DNA of 64,000 nt from Planctomycetota bacterium (GCA_965140405.1 OZ223208.1:2784081-2848080), one strand, 5' to 3'; counted from the first letter of the stretch, positions 1 to 10,410 are shown. Notes: a model not told the origin generated them from the letters alone. Numbers and translations are program-made.

Positions 1-335
1 GCGCAACGACCATCAGGCAGGGTAGCATATGTTTCAACGCAATTCGTCTGTTCTTCTAAATTTTTTAATGTCTTCAGCATTTTATTCATATTTACAAAAT
101 CGCTACCATCCTCAGTAATTTCAATCTCCCTTGCCGTCATTTCAATTGTTCCGAATAAACCGTATATTTGCTGGTCAAGAGAATTGCGTTTTTGCTGGGC
201 ATTATTAGCAAGCATTGATTCTGCATTCATTAGGGCATTTTTTTGAAACATGCGTACACTATAATAGATAGTGCATATCAATATACTAGTTAGAATAATA
301 CCGAAGGTGAGGCAAAGCTTCATTTTAATCTTCAT
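1..335 (-). CDS. Partial CDS (first ~111 codons; gene continues past window start): membrane-anchored sensor, probably Cache-type periplasmic domain of a chemoreceptor or kinase
   Basis: Not in ORF track (no stop inside window). Own minus-strand translation from ATG at 335: MKIKMKLCLTFGIILTSILICTIYYSVRMFQKNALMNAESMLANNAQQKRNSLDQQIYGLFG... = N-terminal TM helix then polar extracytoplasmic segment; GGAAAGG Shine-Dalgarno at 344-350 (minus). Confidence 0.45.
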   Translation of the reverse strand, partial: MKIKMKLCLTFGIILTSILICTIYYSVRMFQKNALMNAESMLANNAQQKRNSLDQQIYGLFGTIEMTAREIEITEDGSDFVNMNKMLKTLKNLEEQTNCVETYATLPDGRC

Positions 336-490
336 CTTTATTACCTTTCCTGGGTTCAAGCTCTAAATACAACAACTTGCCAATCTCTATACAGCCCATT
401 TTAAAACTTCTTGTAGGCTTCTAAATCCAAGCTATTTTCAAGGTATCTTGTATACACCCTGCTCTAATTCTTCCAATTTTACTATAGAAG

Positions 491-518
491 TAAGGTCTTT
501 AATAAGTATCGCCGATCA
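491..518 (+). promoter_or_regulatory. Candidate sigma-28 (FliA)-type promoter, orphan
   Basis: TAAGGTCT(491-498)-N12-GCCGATCA(511-518) versus consensus TAAAGTTT-N11-GCCGATAA; lies in ORF-free spacer 336-926; no obvious + strand gene downstream. Confidence 0.25.
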
Positions 519-858
519 AAACGTTTGCATTCCAATCACTACCTCTTTCATAGAAACTATATAAATGACATAAATAACACTTTAAAGATAGACTCTTGGA
601 TATGCATTTATATCCTGCATACTCTTTGCCAACATCAATGGTAATTATCTCTATTTTGTACTAGCAAGTGACCTAAAAGTCTCTACAATAGCCAAATAGC
701 TCACTTTATGACGTACACGACTACTCTAATAAATCTACACTTTTTAATATGACATATATAAGTTAACCTTACTAAATTATACCTGAGATTCTTTTTTTTG
801 CGATTTTTTTTTTAAACAAAATAGCACATTATTTATATTTTTAATCCTTAAAATTTAT

Positions 859-894
859 GAAAAAAAAGATGCCACTCAAAAAGAGAGGCATCTT
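859..894 (-). terminator. Rho-independent terminator downstream of lipoprotein gene
   Basis: Stem AAGATGCC(867-874)/GGCATCTT(887-894); on minus strand followed by T8 (complement of A-run 860-867). Confidence 0.6.
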
Positions 895-926
895 TGCTAT
901 AAAGTATGTCTGTATCTAGGCAGTTA

Positions 927-1187
927 TTACCACTTAGTAATCTTACTCTTATCTAGAGTCTTAATAACAGTACCATCTGCGAAACGAACTGGTTTACCAC
1001 CACTCTTCATAACTTCTTCGCTATAAATTCTAGTACCGATGTATTCACAGTACTCAGTGTAGCAACGATTACATGCTGGTGCATTTGGTTCACCTTCACA
1101 AGTTGCAGGCGCAGAACAACTGCTAGAACAACCAGATAGAGCTACAACACCTAGACCAAGAACTGCAGCTAGTAGAAATTTTTTCAT
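927..1187 (-). CDS. Small Cys-rich lipoprotein
   Basis: ORF track 927-1202; preferred ATG at 1187 with GGAGG at 1196-1200 (minus). MKKFLLAAVLGLGVVALSGC lipobox; five more Cys in the next ~27 residues. Confidence 0.7.
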   Translation of the reverse strand: MKKFLLAAVLGLGVVALSGCSSSCSAPATCEGEPNAPACNRCYTEYCEYIGTRIYSEEVMKSGGKPVRFADGTVIKTLDKSKITKW

Positions 1188-1562
1188 CCCTAAATCCTCC
1201 AAAACTATTAAATTAATTGCAAATAAACAATAAACAAAATCAAATCCCCATACATGATAATATACTTAATCACTTATCACAACCACAAATAGCGAATACC
1301 AGATTTCAGACAGACAACTCACATCCAAACCCTAATAATATATTATCTAACATCCTATAATATCAAAATGACCTCAATATAACAAGCTTTAACCTGCTTT
1401 TTTTTTATTTATTTTAATTCTACCCATATTTATCAACAATATTGCCAACCTTTAGACAATATCACACAACTATATTTATCTATATCCCTTTACAACAAAC
1501 AATATATTCCGATAATATTCACAATATATAGTGAGTTATTCAAACAAACAAAGGACACATAA

Positions 1563-2258
1563 ATGCTAAGAATTGATATACTAACAATCTTTCCCGAGAT
1601 GCTGCAAGGTGTTTTTTCAGAAGGGATACTACGCATTGCTCAAGAAAAAAACATTATAGATGTATACTTCCATAATATACGAGACTATACCACCAATAAA
1701 CACGGCAAGACAGACGACAGACCCTTTGGTGGTGGTCCAGGCATGGTAATGACTGTACAACCAGTAATAGACTGCGTTAGAGCAGTAGAAGCCATGGACG
1801 AAGCATCCAGCAGACTTATCTTCCTAGGTCCTGACGGCAGTAAATTCTCCCAGCCTCACGCAGAAGAAATGAGTAAATCAGAGAGATTAATCTTTGTTTG
1901 CGGTAGATACGAAGGATTTGATCAAAGGATTTTTGATATACTCAATCCTGAAGTATTCAGCATTGGTGACTATGTCTTGACCGGCGGAGAGCTAGCAGCA
2001 GCCGTTATCGTCGATGCGACATCACGCTTACTTCCAGGAGCCCTAGGTACAGCAGAGAGCGCCCATGACGAATCCTTCAGCCTCGAAATAGATGGCAAAC
2101 AATTACTAGACTACCCACACTACACCCAACCAGCAACTTATAACGATCTCGCAGTTCCAGAAATCCTTAGAAGTGGCAACCACAAACTAATAAGTGAATG
2201 GCGTCTAAATGAAGCAAAGAAGAAGACAGAGAAGCTCCGACCCGACCTTCTTAGCTAA
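1563..2258 (+). CDS. trmD: tRNA (guanine37-N1)-methyltransferase
   Basis: 231 aa; MLRIDILTIFPEM..., RPFGGGPGMVM, CGRYEGFDQR, GDYVLTGGELAA motifs characteristic of TrmD. Confidence 0.93.
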   Translation: MLRIDILTIFPEMLQGVFSEGILRIAQEKNIIDVYFHNIRDYTTNKHGKTDDRPFGGGPGMVMTVQPVIDCVRAVEAMDEASSRLIFLGPDGSKFSQPHAEEMSKSERLIFVCGRYEGFDQRIFDILNPEVFSIGDYVLTGGELAAAVIVDATSRLLPGALGTAESAHDESFSLEIDGKQLLDYPHYTQPATYNDLAVPEILRSGNHKLISEWRLNEAKKKTEKLRPDLLS

Positions 2259-2511
2259 ACACACTCTCTTCTCAGTATTCTCATTATTCTCGATATCTCA
2301 TTATTTTAAAATATTAAAATTGTTCTAAAAAAAAATCAAACAATTTACGAGCAATGCGAGCCTAGACCACTAGATATAGTGCACACCTAGCTACCAAATA
2401 CAACGATTCAACTTCAACCCTATATTTTTACAGGATTTATGTTGAAATTACCTACAAAAATATAGATGATATATTGTTGATTATAATAATTGGGGGTTAT
2501 GTCTACAGACT

Positions 2512-3255
2512 ATGCTACTATTGTGGAAAAAATATATATCAAAGCACTACATGCTTGCACTCATTATCACGAGTGTATTAATATGTAGCTCAACAAGTGT
2601 TTTTGCAGCTAAAGTAAATGATGGGACAACACAGTCAAATATTGCGCCAGAACGAGATTATAAACGTGAGATGATGACATTTCCATCACAGAAGAAGAAG
2701 AATAAAGAAACGCAGACAATAGAGAAGAAAGAAGAAGCGTCACCCAAAGAATCAGCCCTGACAAATAGCATTTTACCAATGATTATAATGGGTGTGATTG
2801 TTTTAGGAATATTTCTCTGGATAAGCTTGAGCATTATAAAGAAGATACTCCCAGGGGGAAAGCAGTTATTCTCTAGTCCGGGGATAGAAATATTAGGAAA
2901 GACGCATTTTGATTCTCAGAAATACTTGGCGATAGTGAGGGTTGGTACAAGAATACTCGTTGTAGGTGTATCGCAGAATGGGTTCGATCAAATTAGTGAA
3001 ATCACCGACCCAGAAGAGGTAACAGAGATACTCTCAACTGCAAAACCAAAGACCAGTACTGGGCAGAATCTCTTCTACAAGATGTTCCAAAAGCAAGTTG
3101 ACAAACGAGAAGAGAGTTCAAGAAATAATAAAGCAGTAGCAGAACCATTGGTTCAAGATAGGATCTATCCACAAGGAACTACAGAGTCTGAGGCAGATCA
3201 AGACTTGCTGGAGAGACAGGAAAGAATAAAAAAGATCAGAGACCTTGAATCATAA
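2512..3255 (+). CDS. fliO: FliO-like flagellar export protein (long form)
   Basis: Directly upstream of fliP; central TM helix ILPMIIMGVIVLGIFLWISLSII followed by ILGKTHFDSQKYLAIVRVGTRILVVGVSQNGFDQI, the FliO-type beta segment. N- and C-terminal extensions are unusual. Confidence 0.5.
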   Translation: MLLLWKKYISKHYMLALIITSVLICSSTSVFAAKVNDGTTQSNIAPERDYKREMMTFPSQKKKNKETQTIEKKEEASPKESALTNSILPMIIMGVIVLGIFLWISLSIIKKILPGGKQLFSSPGIEILGKTHFDSQKYLAIVRVGTRILVVGVSQNGFDQISEITDPEEVTEILSTAKPKTSTGQNLFYKMFQKQVDKREESSRNNKAVAEPLVQDRIYPQGTTESEADQDLLERQERIKKIRDLES

Positions 3256-3293
3256 AAATTGAATTTTATACTGATAAATTATAAGGATATACC

Positions 3294-4346
3294 TTGAAAA
3301 AAATAGTTGAGAACATATACTCTACAGAGAAGGCAGGCACGTCAGACGTGGGTGTTTTTTTTGGGATAAAAAAATCAACTTTAATCGGAAATATCCTACT
3401 AATTGTTATTGCCCTGATACTTATGTCAATTTCAATTGCTGGAGCAGCCGATCTTCCTCCTGCTAGGAGTTCAGGTCCTGGACCTGGCGATGTTACTGGA
3501 CCTCAGCCAATTCCAGAAGGAGTACGAGATCTATCATTTCTTCCAACGATAGATGAAGGGTCACTAACAGCAGCAACAACACCTTCACAAGTAGCATCGG
3601 TACTACAGATCGTCGCTCTCTTGACCTTTATCGGTCTAGCGCCAGGTCTTCTGATGGTGACTACTTGTTTTTTAAGGATTATGATAGTGCTTAGTTTCCT
3701 TAGAAAAGCACTTGGAACACAGACAATGCCACCAGATAAAGTCCTAGTTGGTATTGCATTTGTACTATCAATATTCATTATGGCTCCGACTTGGGAGAAG
3801 TCATGGGATGAAGGAATGAAACCATACTTTAACGATGCTCTTGATCCCGAGACTGGTCAAAGGATGACTCAAAGCGAGATGTTTTCTCGTACACTATCGC
3901 CTGTTAGAGAGTTCATGTTCTCATGCTTGACTGCAAATGAAGGAGAAGAAGAGGTGCGCTTCTTTATGGGAGTATCGGGACACCAAGTAAAAGGGGATGA
4001 TGGCGGAGTATACTGGGTAGGCGAGAATAACCGCAGAGTAGAAGAGTTTACAGAGTTACAACTTGCAGACATTCCAACCTTTGTACTGGTGCCTGCTTTT
4101 GTAACCTCAGAAATGAAGAGAGCCTTTTGGATGGGATTCTTACTTTATCTGCCATTCTTGATTCTTGATATGGTTATAGCCTCAGTTCTTATGAGTATGG
4201 GTATGATGATGCTTCCACCAGCTATGGTAAGTATGCCGTTTAAATTGATTCTATTTATTCTTGTCGACGGTTGGCGACTACTAATGGAAGCACTAGTAAC
4301 AAGCTTCCCCCCAGACATGTTGGCATTTATAAATGTGATTTCGTAA
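3294..4346 (+). CDS. fliP: Flagellar export gate protein FliP
   Basis: 350 aa, TTG start per track; C-terminal VLVPAFVTSEMKRAFWMGFLLYLPFLILDMVIASVLMSMGMMMLPPAMVSMPFKLILFILVDGW matches the FliP core. Confidence 0.92.
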   Translation: MKKIVENIYSTEKAGTSDVGVFFGIKKSTLIGNILLIVIALILMSISIAGAADLPPARSSGPGPGDVTGPQPIPEGVRDLSFLPTIDEGSLTAATTPSQVASVLQIVALLTFIGLAPGLLMVTTCFLRIMIVLSFLRKALGTQTMPPDKVLVGIAFVLSIFIMAPTWEKSWDEGMKPYFNDALDPETGQRMTQSEMFSRTLSPVREFMFSCLTANEGEEEVRFFMGVSGHQVKGDDGGVYWVGENNRRVEEFTELQLADIPTFVLVPAFVTSEMKRAFWMGFLLYLPFLILDMVIASVLMSMGMMMLPPAMVSMPFKLILFILVDGWRLLMEALVTSFPPDMLAFINVIS

Positions 4347-4395
4347 CTTAGTTATAAATACTTTGTGAAGTATTAAATATAAACGAGGAGTTCCA

Positions 4396-4674
4396 ATGAT
4401 TCCTACAGTGCAGGGTGTAATCGATATCGCCCAACAGACAATGTTTACCGCAGTACTACTATCTATGCCAGTACTACTAACATCACTTGTTGTTGGTGTA
4501 TTTATCAGTCTTATTCAGACGGTTACAAGTGTCCAAGAAATGACTATCACCTTTGTTCCAAAACTTATGGCTGTAATGGCAGTTACTCTTCTTGCTCTAT
4601 CTTGGATGATACAGCTTCTAGTAGAGTATACCGAAGATTTATGGTCAAACATGTCCCTACTCGCTGGGGGGTGA
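4396..4674 (+). CDS. fliQ: Flagellar export gate protein FliQ
   Basis: 92 aa, two TM helices, LIQTVTSVQEMTITFVPKL motif; fliP-fliQ-fliR synteny; GAGGAG RBS. Confidence 0.9.
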   Translation: MIPTVQGVIDIAQQTMFTAVLLSMPVLLTSLVVGVFISLIQTVTSVQEMTITFVPKLMAVMAVTLLALSWMIQLLVEYTEDLWSNMSLLAGG

Positions 4675-4741
4675 GTAGAGGCATGTTTGCTCTGCATACG
4701 AGTAGCAAGCATTAGATTGACAATATAGAGAGAAGCAAGCA

Positions 4742-5626
4742 ATGGAATTTGGCCAATTCGTACAACTAGATCAAGCTTTGATGGGATACTTTGTATTCGG
4801 TCTAGTATTAACACGAATGGGCGGTATGGTAATGAGTTCGCAGTTCTTCTCCTCTATGCAGATACCGACAAAATACAAAGCAATAGTAGCAATTTTCTTT
4901 ACGCTAACTGTCTACCCTACCGCCAGAACTACATGGCATTGGGATAGCAATATGATTTTAAACGCTTCAGATATTGGTTTTTTAGTCTGCCAAGAACTTA
5001 TTATTGGTGTAGCCATAGGCTTCCTATCAAACATCATTTATGGTTCAGTACAATTAGCAGGTCAGCTCTGCGGGCAGCAAATTGGTTTTGCTATGTCGAC
5101 AGTTATGGATCCACTTAGTAACTTGAATGTTTCACTTATAGGTTACCTCTGGGCACAGATTGCAGGACTAGTATTTTTAATTTTGAATCTGCATTTATAC
5201 ATTATTTGGCTACTAGACAGAAGCTATGAAATCATAGGTATTGGTGATATCCTCTTCCCTTACTTCTTAGCATCTGTAATAGAAGGTTCTGAAATGCAGA
5301 TGGAGTTGATGTTCAAAGCAACGATGCAGGTAGCGATGCCGATAGTTGCAATAACATTAATCATCAGTGTTATTATTGGTTTTGTAACCCGTACGATGCC
5401 ACAGATGAACATTATGGTATTTGGTATGCCACTGAGGGTAACGCTCGGCCTGCTCTCAGTGATGCTTCTAATCCCTGGGGTGTGTACTGCTTTTGCTGGA
5501 GCTGAAGAGGGTCATATTTGGTTTGATAATGCTGGTGATGGCTTATGGCATGAAATGCTAGAGATTCTATCTAATACTATAGCCCATATGGCACCAGACC
5601 AACCTCTAACAGCCGAAGGCTATTAG
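4742..5626 (+). CDS. fliR: Flagellar export gate protein FliR
   Basis: 294 aa polytopic membrane protein in the fliR position between fliQ and flhB. Confidence 0.85.
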   Translation: MEFGQFVQLDQALMGYFVFGLVLTRMGGMVMSSQFFSSMQIPTKYKAIVAIFFTLTVYPTARTTWHWDSNMILNASDIGFLVCQELIIGVAIGFLSNIIYGSVQLAGQLCGQQIGFAMSTVMDPLSNLNVSLIGYLWAQIAGLVFLILNLHLYIIWLLDRSYEIIGIGDILFPYFLASVIEGSEMQMELMFKATMQVAMPIVAITLIISVIIGFVTRTMPQMNIMVFGMPLRVTLGLLSVMLLIPGVCTAFAGAEEGHIWFDNAGDGLWHEMLEILSNTIAHMAPDQPLTAEGY

Positions 5627-5654
5627 GGTTGATCTTGATTTAAGAGAGTAAATT

Positions 5655-6746
5655 ATGGCAGATGATGCTGATGACAAGACTGAAGAACCAACCCAAAAGC
5701 GCACCGCTGATGCGCGCAAAGAGGGTCAGGTAGGTAAGAGTCAAGATCTGAGTGCATCAATTATTCTGCTCGCTGGAGTAATTTTTTTGTGGTTCCTAGG
5801 TCCTTGGATGGAGGACACTATGGGCTCAGCAATAGTTAGAATTATTGGCGAAGAGGTACCGAATACGCTTGCACCTGAAGCACAAGACATAGATGGTATC
5901 CTAATTATGTCTCTGGAGTACTGCGCATATGCAGTTGCACCGTTTTTATTTATGATAGTAACTGCAGCGATTGGGATTAATGTCTACATGGTAGGATTTA
6001 CTATCTCTTGGGAGGCATTAGAGATAAAGTTTGACAAGCTAAACCCAATCAATGGTATTAAACAGCTCTTTAGCGCTAAAAAGTTTGTCATGCTCCTTAT
6101 GAATATGTCAAAAATACTGTTGTTAATGATTGTTGCCTATGATTTTTTATCAGGTATTTATGGAGACTCAGTAGTTCTGTCTTTTTTAGAACACCGTGCA
6201 ATCTTGAAGTATGTAGTAGGAAATCTCTGGGATATCGCTTTTCGCATGGCACTGGTTCTATTTATTCTCGGTATTATTGACTTTATATATCAAAAATGGA
6301 AGCACAATGAGTCACTAAAGATGTCTAAGCAAGAGGTAAAAGATGAGCACAAAAATGCAGAAGGTGACCCAGAGGTAAAGAACAAGCGACGTCAAAAGAT
6401 GTATGAACTAGGGCAGCAAAGAATGATGCAAGAAGTCCCTGAAGCAGAGGTAGTGGTTAGAAACCCGACCCACTATGCAGTTGCACTAAAATTTAAACCT
6501 GAAATGCAAGCACCAGAAGTTGTTGCAAAAGGTAAGAATGAAATTGCTATGAAGATTATTGATCATGCCAAGGAAGCTAACGTTCCAGTATGGCAAGAGC
6601 CTTGGCTAGCGAGACAGTTATACCAACTTGATCTAGGAGACACTGTTCCACCAGAATTGTTCCAAGCAGTTGCAGATATTTTAGCCCATGTTCTTGATGA
6701 AGAGAAGAGAGCTTCCTTCAAGAATAAGAAGCCACCAGCAGCATAG
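5655..6746 (+). CDS. flhB: Flagellar export switch protein FlhB
   Basis: 363 aa; N-terminal KTEEPTQKR, four TM, autocleavage site VVVRNPTHYAVAL (NPTH). Confidence 0.93.
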   Translation: MADDADDKTEEPTQKRTADARKEGQVGKSQDLSASIILLAGVIFLWFLGPWMEDTMGSAIVRIIGEEVPNTLAPEAQDIDGILIMSLEYCAYAVAPFLFMIVTAAIGINVYMVGFTISWEALEIKFDKLNPINGIKQLFSAKKFVMLLMNMSKILLLMIVAYDFLSGIYGDSVVLSFLEHRAILKYVVGNLWDIAFRMALVLFILGIIDFIYQKWKHNESLKMSKQEVKDEHKNAEGDPEVKNKRRQKMYELGQQRMMQEVPEAEVVVRNPTHYAVALKFKPEMQAPEVVAKGKNEIAMKIIDHAKEANVPVWQEPWLARQLYQLDLGDTVPPELFQAVADILAHVLDEEKRASFKNKKPPAA

Positions 6747-6804
6747 ATTGAGAAATAAGCAGCAATACTGATAGTGATAAAAGACAAAAGGATATATAGA
6801 GATT

Positions 6805-8967
6805 ATGGCAGAAGCAACAATGGATCTAAAGAATAGAGCTATAGGCATACTGAACAATTTCAGTGGTGTCAAGCAGTCTATTATCCCTGCTTTCCTAATC
6901 GTAACCATTGTTATTATTATCTACCCAATGCCATTATTTATAATGGACTTCTTACTAGGTGTTAATATTGCATTAGGACTTATGGTGCTTCTAGCATGTG
7001 TATTTATTGATAAACCTAACGACATGACTTGTTTCCCATCACTGCTACTTATACTTACTCTTTACAAACTCGCTCTAAACGTAGCAACAACACGTCTAAT
7101 CTTGACCAATGCACCAACCGACCTAGACCACGCAGCTGGTGAAATCGTCTATTCATTTGGTAACTTTGTTACTGGCTCCTCTGGCGAAGCATACGGCTTT
7201 ATTGTTGGTATTGTAATCTTCATCATCCTAGTTGTTATCCAGTTTATTGTACTTACCAAAGGTATGACTAGAATTGCCGAAGTAGCAGCAAGGTTTACAC
7301 TTGATGCTATGCCTGGTCAACAGATGGCGATTGATGCCGACCTGAATGCTGGGGTAATTACCGAGGATGAGGCAAGAGAGCGACGTGATGAGATTAGACA
7401 GATGGCTGACTTCTATGGTGCTATGGACGGTGCCGCAAAGTTCGTTAGAGGTGATACTGTTGCAGGTCTAATTATTACCGGAGTAAATATTGGCGCAGGA
7501 CTTATTATTGGTGTTGCTATTGGTGGCATGAGCTTTTTAGAAGCAGGCCAGATCTTTACAAAATTAACTATCGGTGATGGGCTTGTAGGTCAGGTTCCAT
7601 CACTTCTTATCAGTATTGCCTCAGGTATCCTAGTTACTCGTGGTAACAAACGTGACGACTTCGGTGGTCTGATTATCGACCAGCTTATAAATCATAGAAA
7701 AGCACTTGGGATCTGTAGTGTCTTAGTAGGCAGCATTGCACTGACAGGACTTCTAGGGATGACCCCATTCCCATTCATTCCATTCTTTAGTATCTCGGTA
7801 GTTTCTGGAGTATGGTGGTGGCGCTTGGGCCAAGGAGCTGGCAAGACAAAGAAGCAGATAGAAGCAGAAGAAGCAAAAGCTGCAGAAGAAGCGGCAAAAG
7901 CCGAACCAGCAGAAGAGAAGGTAGAGGATTTCCTAAGAATAGACCCAATGGAACTAGAAGTTGGCTATGGTCTTGTCCCACTAGTTGATGTATCACAGTC
8001 CGAATCAGGTGGTGGCGGTCTTCTCAACAGAGTATCAATGATCAGGCAACAGATGGCTCAAGAGCTTGGTATCATTGTTCCACCAATTAGAATTCGTGAC
8101 AATATGGATCTAGAGCCTAATGAATACTCTATCAAGATTCAAGGCAACCCAGTAACTAGGGCAAAAATTGAACCAGATAAATTTATGGCTATGGATGTTG
8201 GTACTGTTACAGACAAGATCAGAGGTGTTGAAACGGTTGAGCCTGCGTTTGGTATGCCTGCGGTATGGATTAGTGATAGCCAACGCGAAAAAGCAGAACA
8301 GTATGGTTACGCAGTGGTTGATGCAGAGACGGTTGTTGCTACACACCTAACCGAGATTATTAGAAGCCGCTCACACGAACTTCTCACAAGTGAAGAGGTA
8401 CGCCGACTCCTCGACAATGTCAAAGAATCAATGCCGAATCTTGTACAAGCTGTTACACCTGAACCGCTATCGCCATTCGACATTCAAAAGGTACTGGCAA
8501 ATCTTCTACGTGAAAGAGTATCTATTAGAAATCTTCCTGCATTTTTGGAGGTTATGGCAGAGATCGGTAGACGTACCCGTGATCCAGAAATTATTACGGC
8601 TCACTGTCGTAACAAGATTTCAAGACAGATCTGTAATGATTATGCCGAAGACAATGTCCTCCATGTAGTAATGCTTGACCCATCACTTGAGGATACTATT
8701 AGCAAGCGTATCGAACACAGCGATGCGGGTTCATTCTTGACACTACGCCCTGATGCTCAGAAGAAGATCGTCGACGGTATTGCAGAGCAAGTTCAAATCC
8801 AGCTCCAAGGAGGTCACTCAGCACTACTTATTACCAGTCCACAGATCCGCTTACAAGTCAAGCGCATGACAGAGAATGCACTAGCAACCTTGGCAGTAAT
8901 CTCATACAACGAAGTTCTTCCAGAGTTCAAAGTTGAGAGCGTCGGAATGGTAAAGACAGTACTCTAA
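6805..8967 (+). CDS. flhA: Flagellar export apparatus protein FlhA
   Basis: 720 aa FHIPEP family: GDGLVGQVPSLLISIASGILVTR, charged Ala/Glu/Lys linker, large cytoplasmic domain. Confidence 0.95.
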   Translation: MAEATMDLKNRAIGILNNFSGVKQSIIPAFLIVTIVIIIYPMPLFIMDFLLGVNIALGLMVLLACVFIDKPNDMTCFPSLLLILTLYKLALNVATTRLILTNAPTDLDHAAGEIVYSFGNFVTGSSGEAYGFIVGIVIFIILVVIQFIVLTKGMTRIAEVAARFTLDAMPGQQMAIDADLNAGVITEDEARERRDEIRQMADFYGAMDGAAKFVRGDTVAGLIITGVNIGAGLIIGVAIGGMSFLEAGQIFTKLTIGDGLVGQVPSLLISIASGILVTRGNKRDDFGGLIIDQLINHRKALGICSVLVGSIALTGLLGMTPFPFIPFFSISVVSGVWWWRLGQGAGKTKKQIEAEEAKAAEEAAKAEPAEEKVEDFLRIDPMELEVGYGLVPLVDVSQSESGGGGLLNRVSMIRQQMAQELGIIVPPIRIRDNMDLEPNEYSIKIQGNPVTRAKIEPDKFMAMDVGTVTDKIRGVETVEPAFGMPAVWISDSQREKAEQYGYAVVDAETVVATHLTEIIRSRSHELLTSEEVRRLLDNVKESMPNLVQAVTPEPLSPFDIQKVLANLLRERVSIRNLPAFLEVMAEIGRRTRDPEIITAHCRNKISRQICNDYAEDNVLHVVMLDPSLEDTISKRIEHSDAGSFLTLRPDAQKKIVDGIAEQVQIQLQGGHSALLITSPQIRLQVKRMTENALATLAVISYNEVLPEFKVESVGMVKTVL

Positions 8968-8978
8968 TAATTGTTTAA

Positions 8979-10394
8979 TTGAATATAAACTCAGTGAATA
9001 AGGTAGAAATAAAAATAACAACAATGTCAAATAACCAACACAGAACTTTTCAAGGCAAAAGCGTTCAAGAAGCCATAAGCAAGGTAAAAGCTGCTCTTGG
9101 CGATAACGCATGCATTATTGAGAAGCGGGTCAGGAAGAATAAAAACTTCTTCAAGCTCGGTGGTGGTGAAGAGATTGTTGAGATTATTGCCAGCGCAGCG
9201 CCAAGTGTGGTAAATGAAGTTACCCCTAGATACAAACCGCATGCAAATAAGCAAAGCTCCAGTAAACAGAGCCCTTCACTACTTGAACAAGCGTATGGAA
9301 GCCCTGCTCCAACAAATCGTCCGAAGACTCCATATGAGATGTACAAAGAGGCCTCACAGCCAAGTCAACCATCAAGAGACAGCTACAATGAACATTTTGA
9401 GCAGAATGAATATAGAGAGCATGCACCTACGTCACAAAGAGATACTCAGCCTTCTAGGCATCAAACGGTAGTTACTGAGAATGCTGCAGAACAATTGATG
9501 GCTCAGATGCGAAGCGAAATTCTTCGTCTCACTAGTATCCAAGCTCGTGGTGCAATACCTGAGGTAGGCGAAGCCTTATTAGACTGCTACCAATCACTTA
9601 TCGAGAATGAAGTAAATGCAAACTCTGCTCGTACAATTGTCGAAAAGCTCCAAAGAGATATGCCTTTTACTATATTAGATAGATCAAGTATCAATGAGCA
9701 CGTTACTGAGGAGATAGCCAAGTACATCCACGTATCAGGTCCATCTTGTATGAGTAAAACCAATAACCGCCCTACTGTCATTGCTATAATTGGTCCAAAC
9801 GGTAGCGGTAAGACAACAACATTGACCAAAATTGCATTTGAAGCAGTAGTAAAACAGAACAAGGCTGTAGGTCTAATCACAGAAGATATTAAGCGCCCTG
9901 GTGCAGAAGCCCAGCTACGCTCACTCACCAGCATCATGCAGTTACCACTAGTTTCAGTCAGCTCCGCCTCAAACATGGCAGATGAGGTTCACAACATGTC
10001 AGAGAAGGATTTAGTTCTTATTGACACCGGTGGAGTATCACACAATGATGAAGTAGGGATTGCTGAGCTCTGTGAAATGCTCAGAGTTGCCAATGTTGAT
10101 GAAGTCCATCTACAGCTACCGGTAGCGATAACCGAGCGTACAGCTTTAGCGATAATAGAAGGCTATAAGCCTCTAAACTACAACAGAATTATTTTCAGCA
10201 AGATAGATGCCTCAGCCTCATTTGGAATGATCCTTAATATTGCAAGCAAGGTAAACACTGATATATCTTATGTTACTAGCGGTTCAAACTGTTCTCAAGG
10301 GTTATATCCTGCTGTAAGAGAAGATCTCGCTAAATTGATAACTGAGAGCAGGATAGAAGCGATAATAGATGGTTATAACTCAAATAAAAACTAA
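8979..10394 (+). CDS. flhF: Flagellar SRP-type GTPase FlhF
   Basis: IGPNGSGKTTT (G1), LIDTGGVS (G3), FSKIDAS (G4-like); disordered N-terminal B-domain; follows flhA. Track start is TTG 8979; ATG at 9024 is an alternative (no clear RBS for either). Confidence 0.88.
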   Translation: MNINSVNKVEIKITTMSNNQHRTFQGKSVQEAISKVKAALGDNACIIEKRVRKNKNFFKLGGGEEIVEIIASAAPSVVNEVTPRYKPHANKQSSSKQSPSLLEQAYGSPAPTNRPKTPYEMYKEASQPSQPSRDSYNEHFEQNEYREHAPTSQRDTQPSRHQTVVTENAAEQLMAQMRSEILRLTSIQARGAIPEVGEALLDCYQSLIENEVNANSARTIVEKLQRDMPFTILDRSSINEHVTEEIAKYIHVSGPSCMSKTNNRPTVIAIIGPNGSGKTTTLTKIAFEAVVKQNKAVGLITEDIKRPGAEAQLRSLTSIMQLPLVSVSSASNMADEVHNMSEKDLVLIDTGGVSHNDEVGIAELCEMLRVANVDEVHLQLPVAITERTALAIIEGYKPLNYNRIIFSKIDASASFGMILNIASKVNTDISYVTSGSNCSQGLYPAVREDLAKLITESRIEAIIDGYNSNKN

Positions 10395-10410
10395 GAAAGG
10401 AGCTTAAATT

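Noticed and set aside
1508-1515. TCCGATAA upstream of trmD as a sigma-28 -10 element
   Set aside because: No TAAA-type -35 lies at N11-N15 spacing, and trmD is not a plausible flagellar regulon member.
1563-2258. trmD standing alone rather than in the usual rpsP-rimM-trmD-rplS context
   Set aside because: This is a real observation. Gene-order loss of this operon occurs in several lineages, however, and nothing in the flanks suggests a functional link to the flagellar genes, so it is not developed as a finding.
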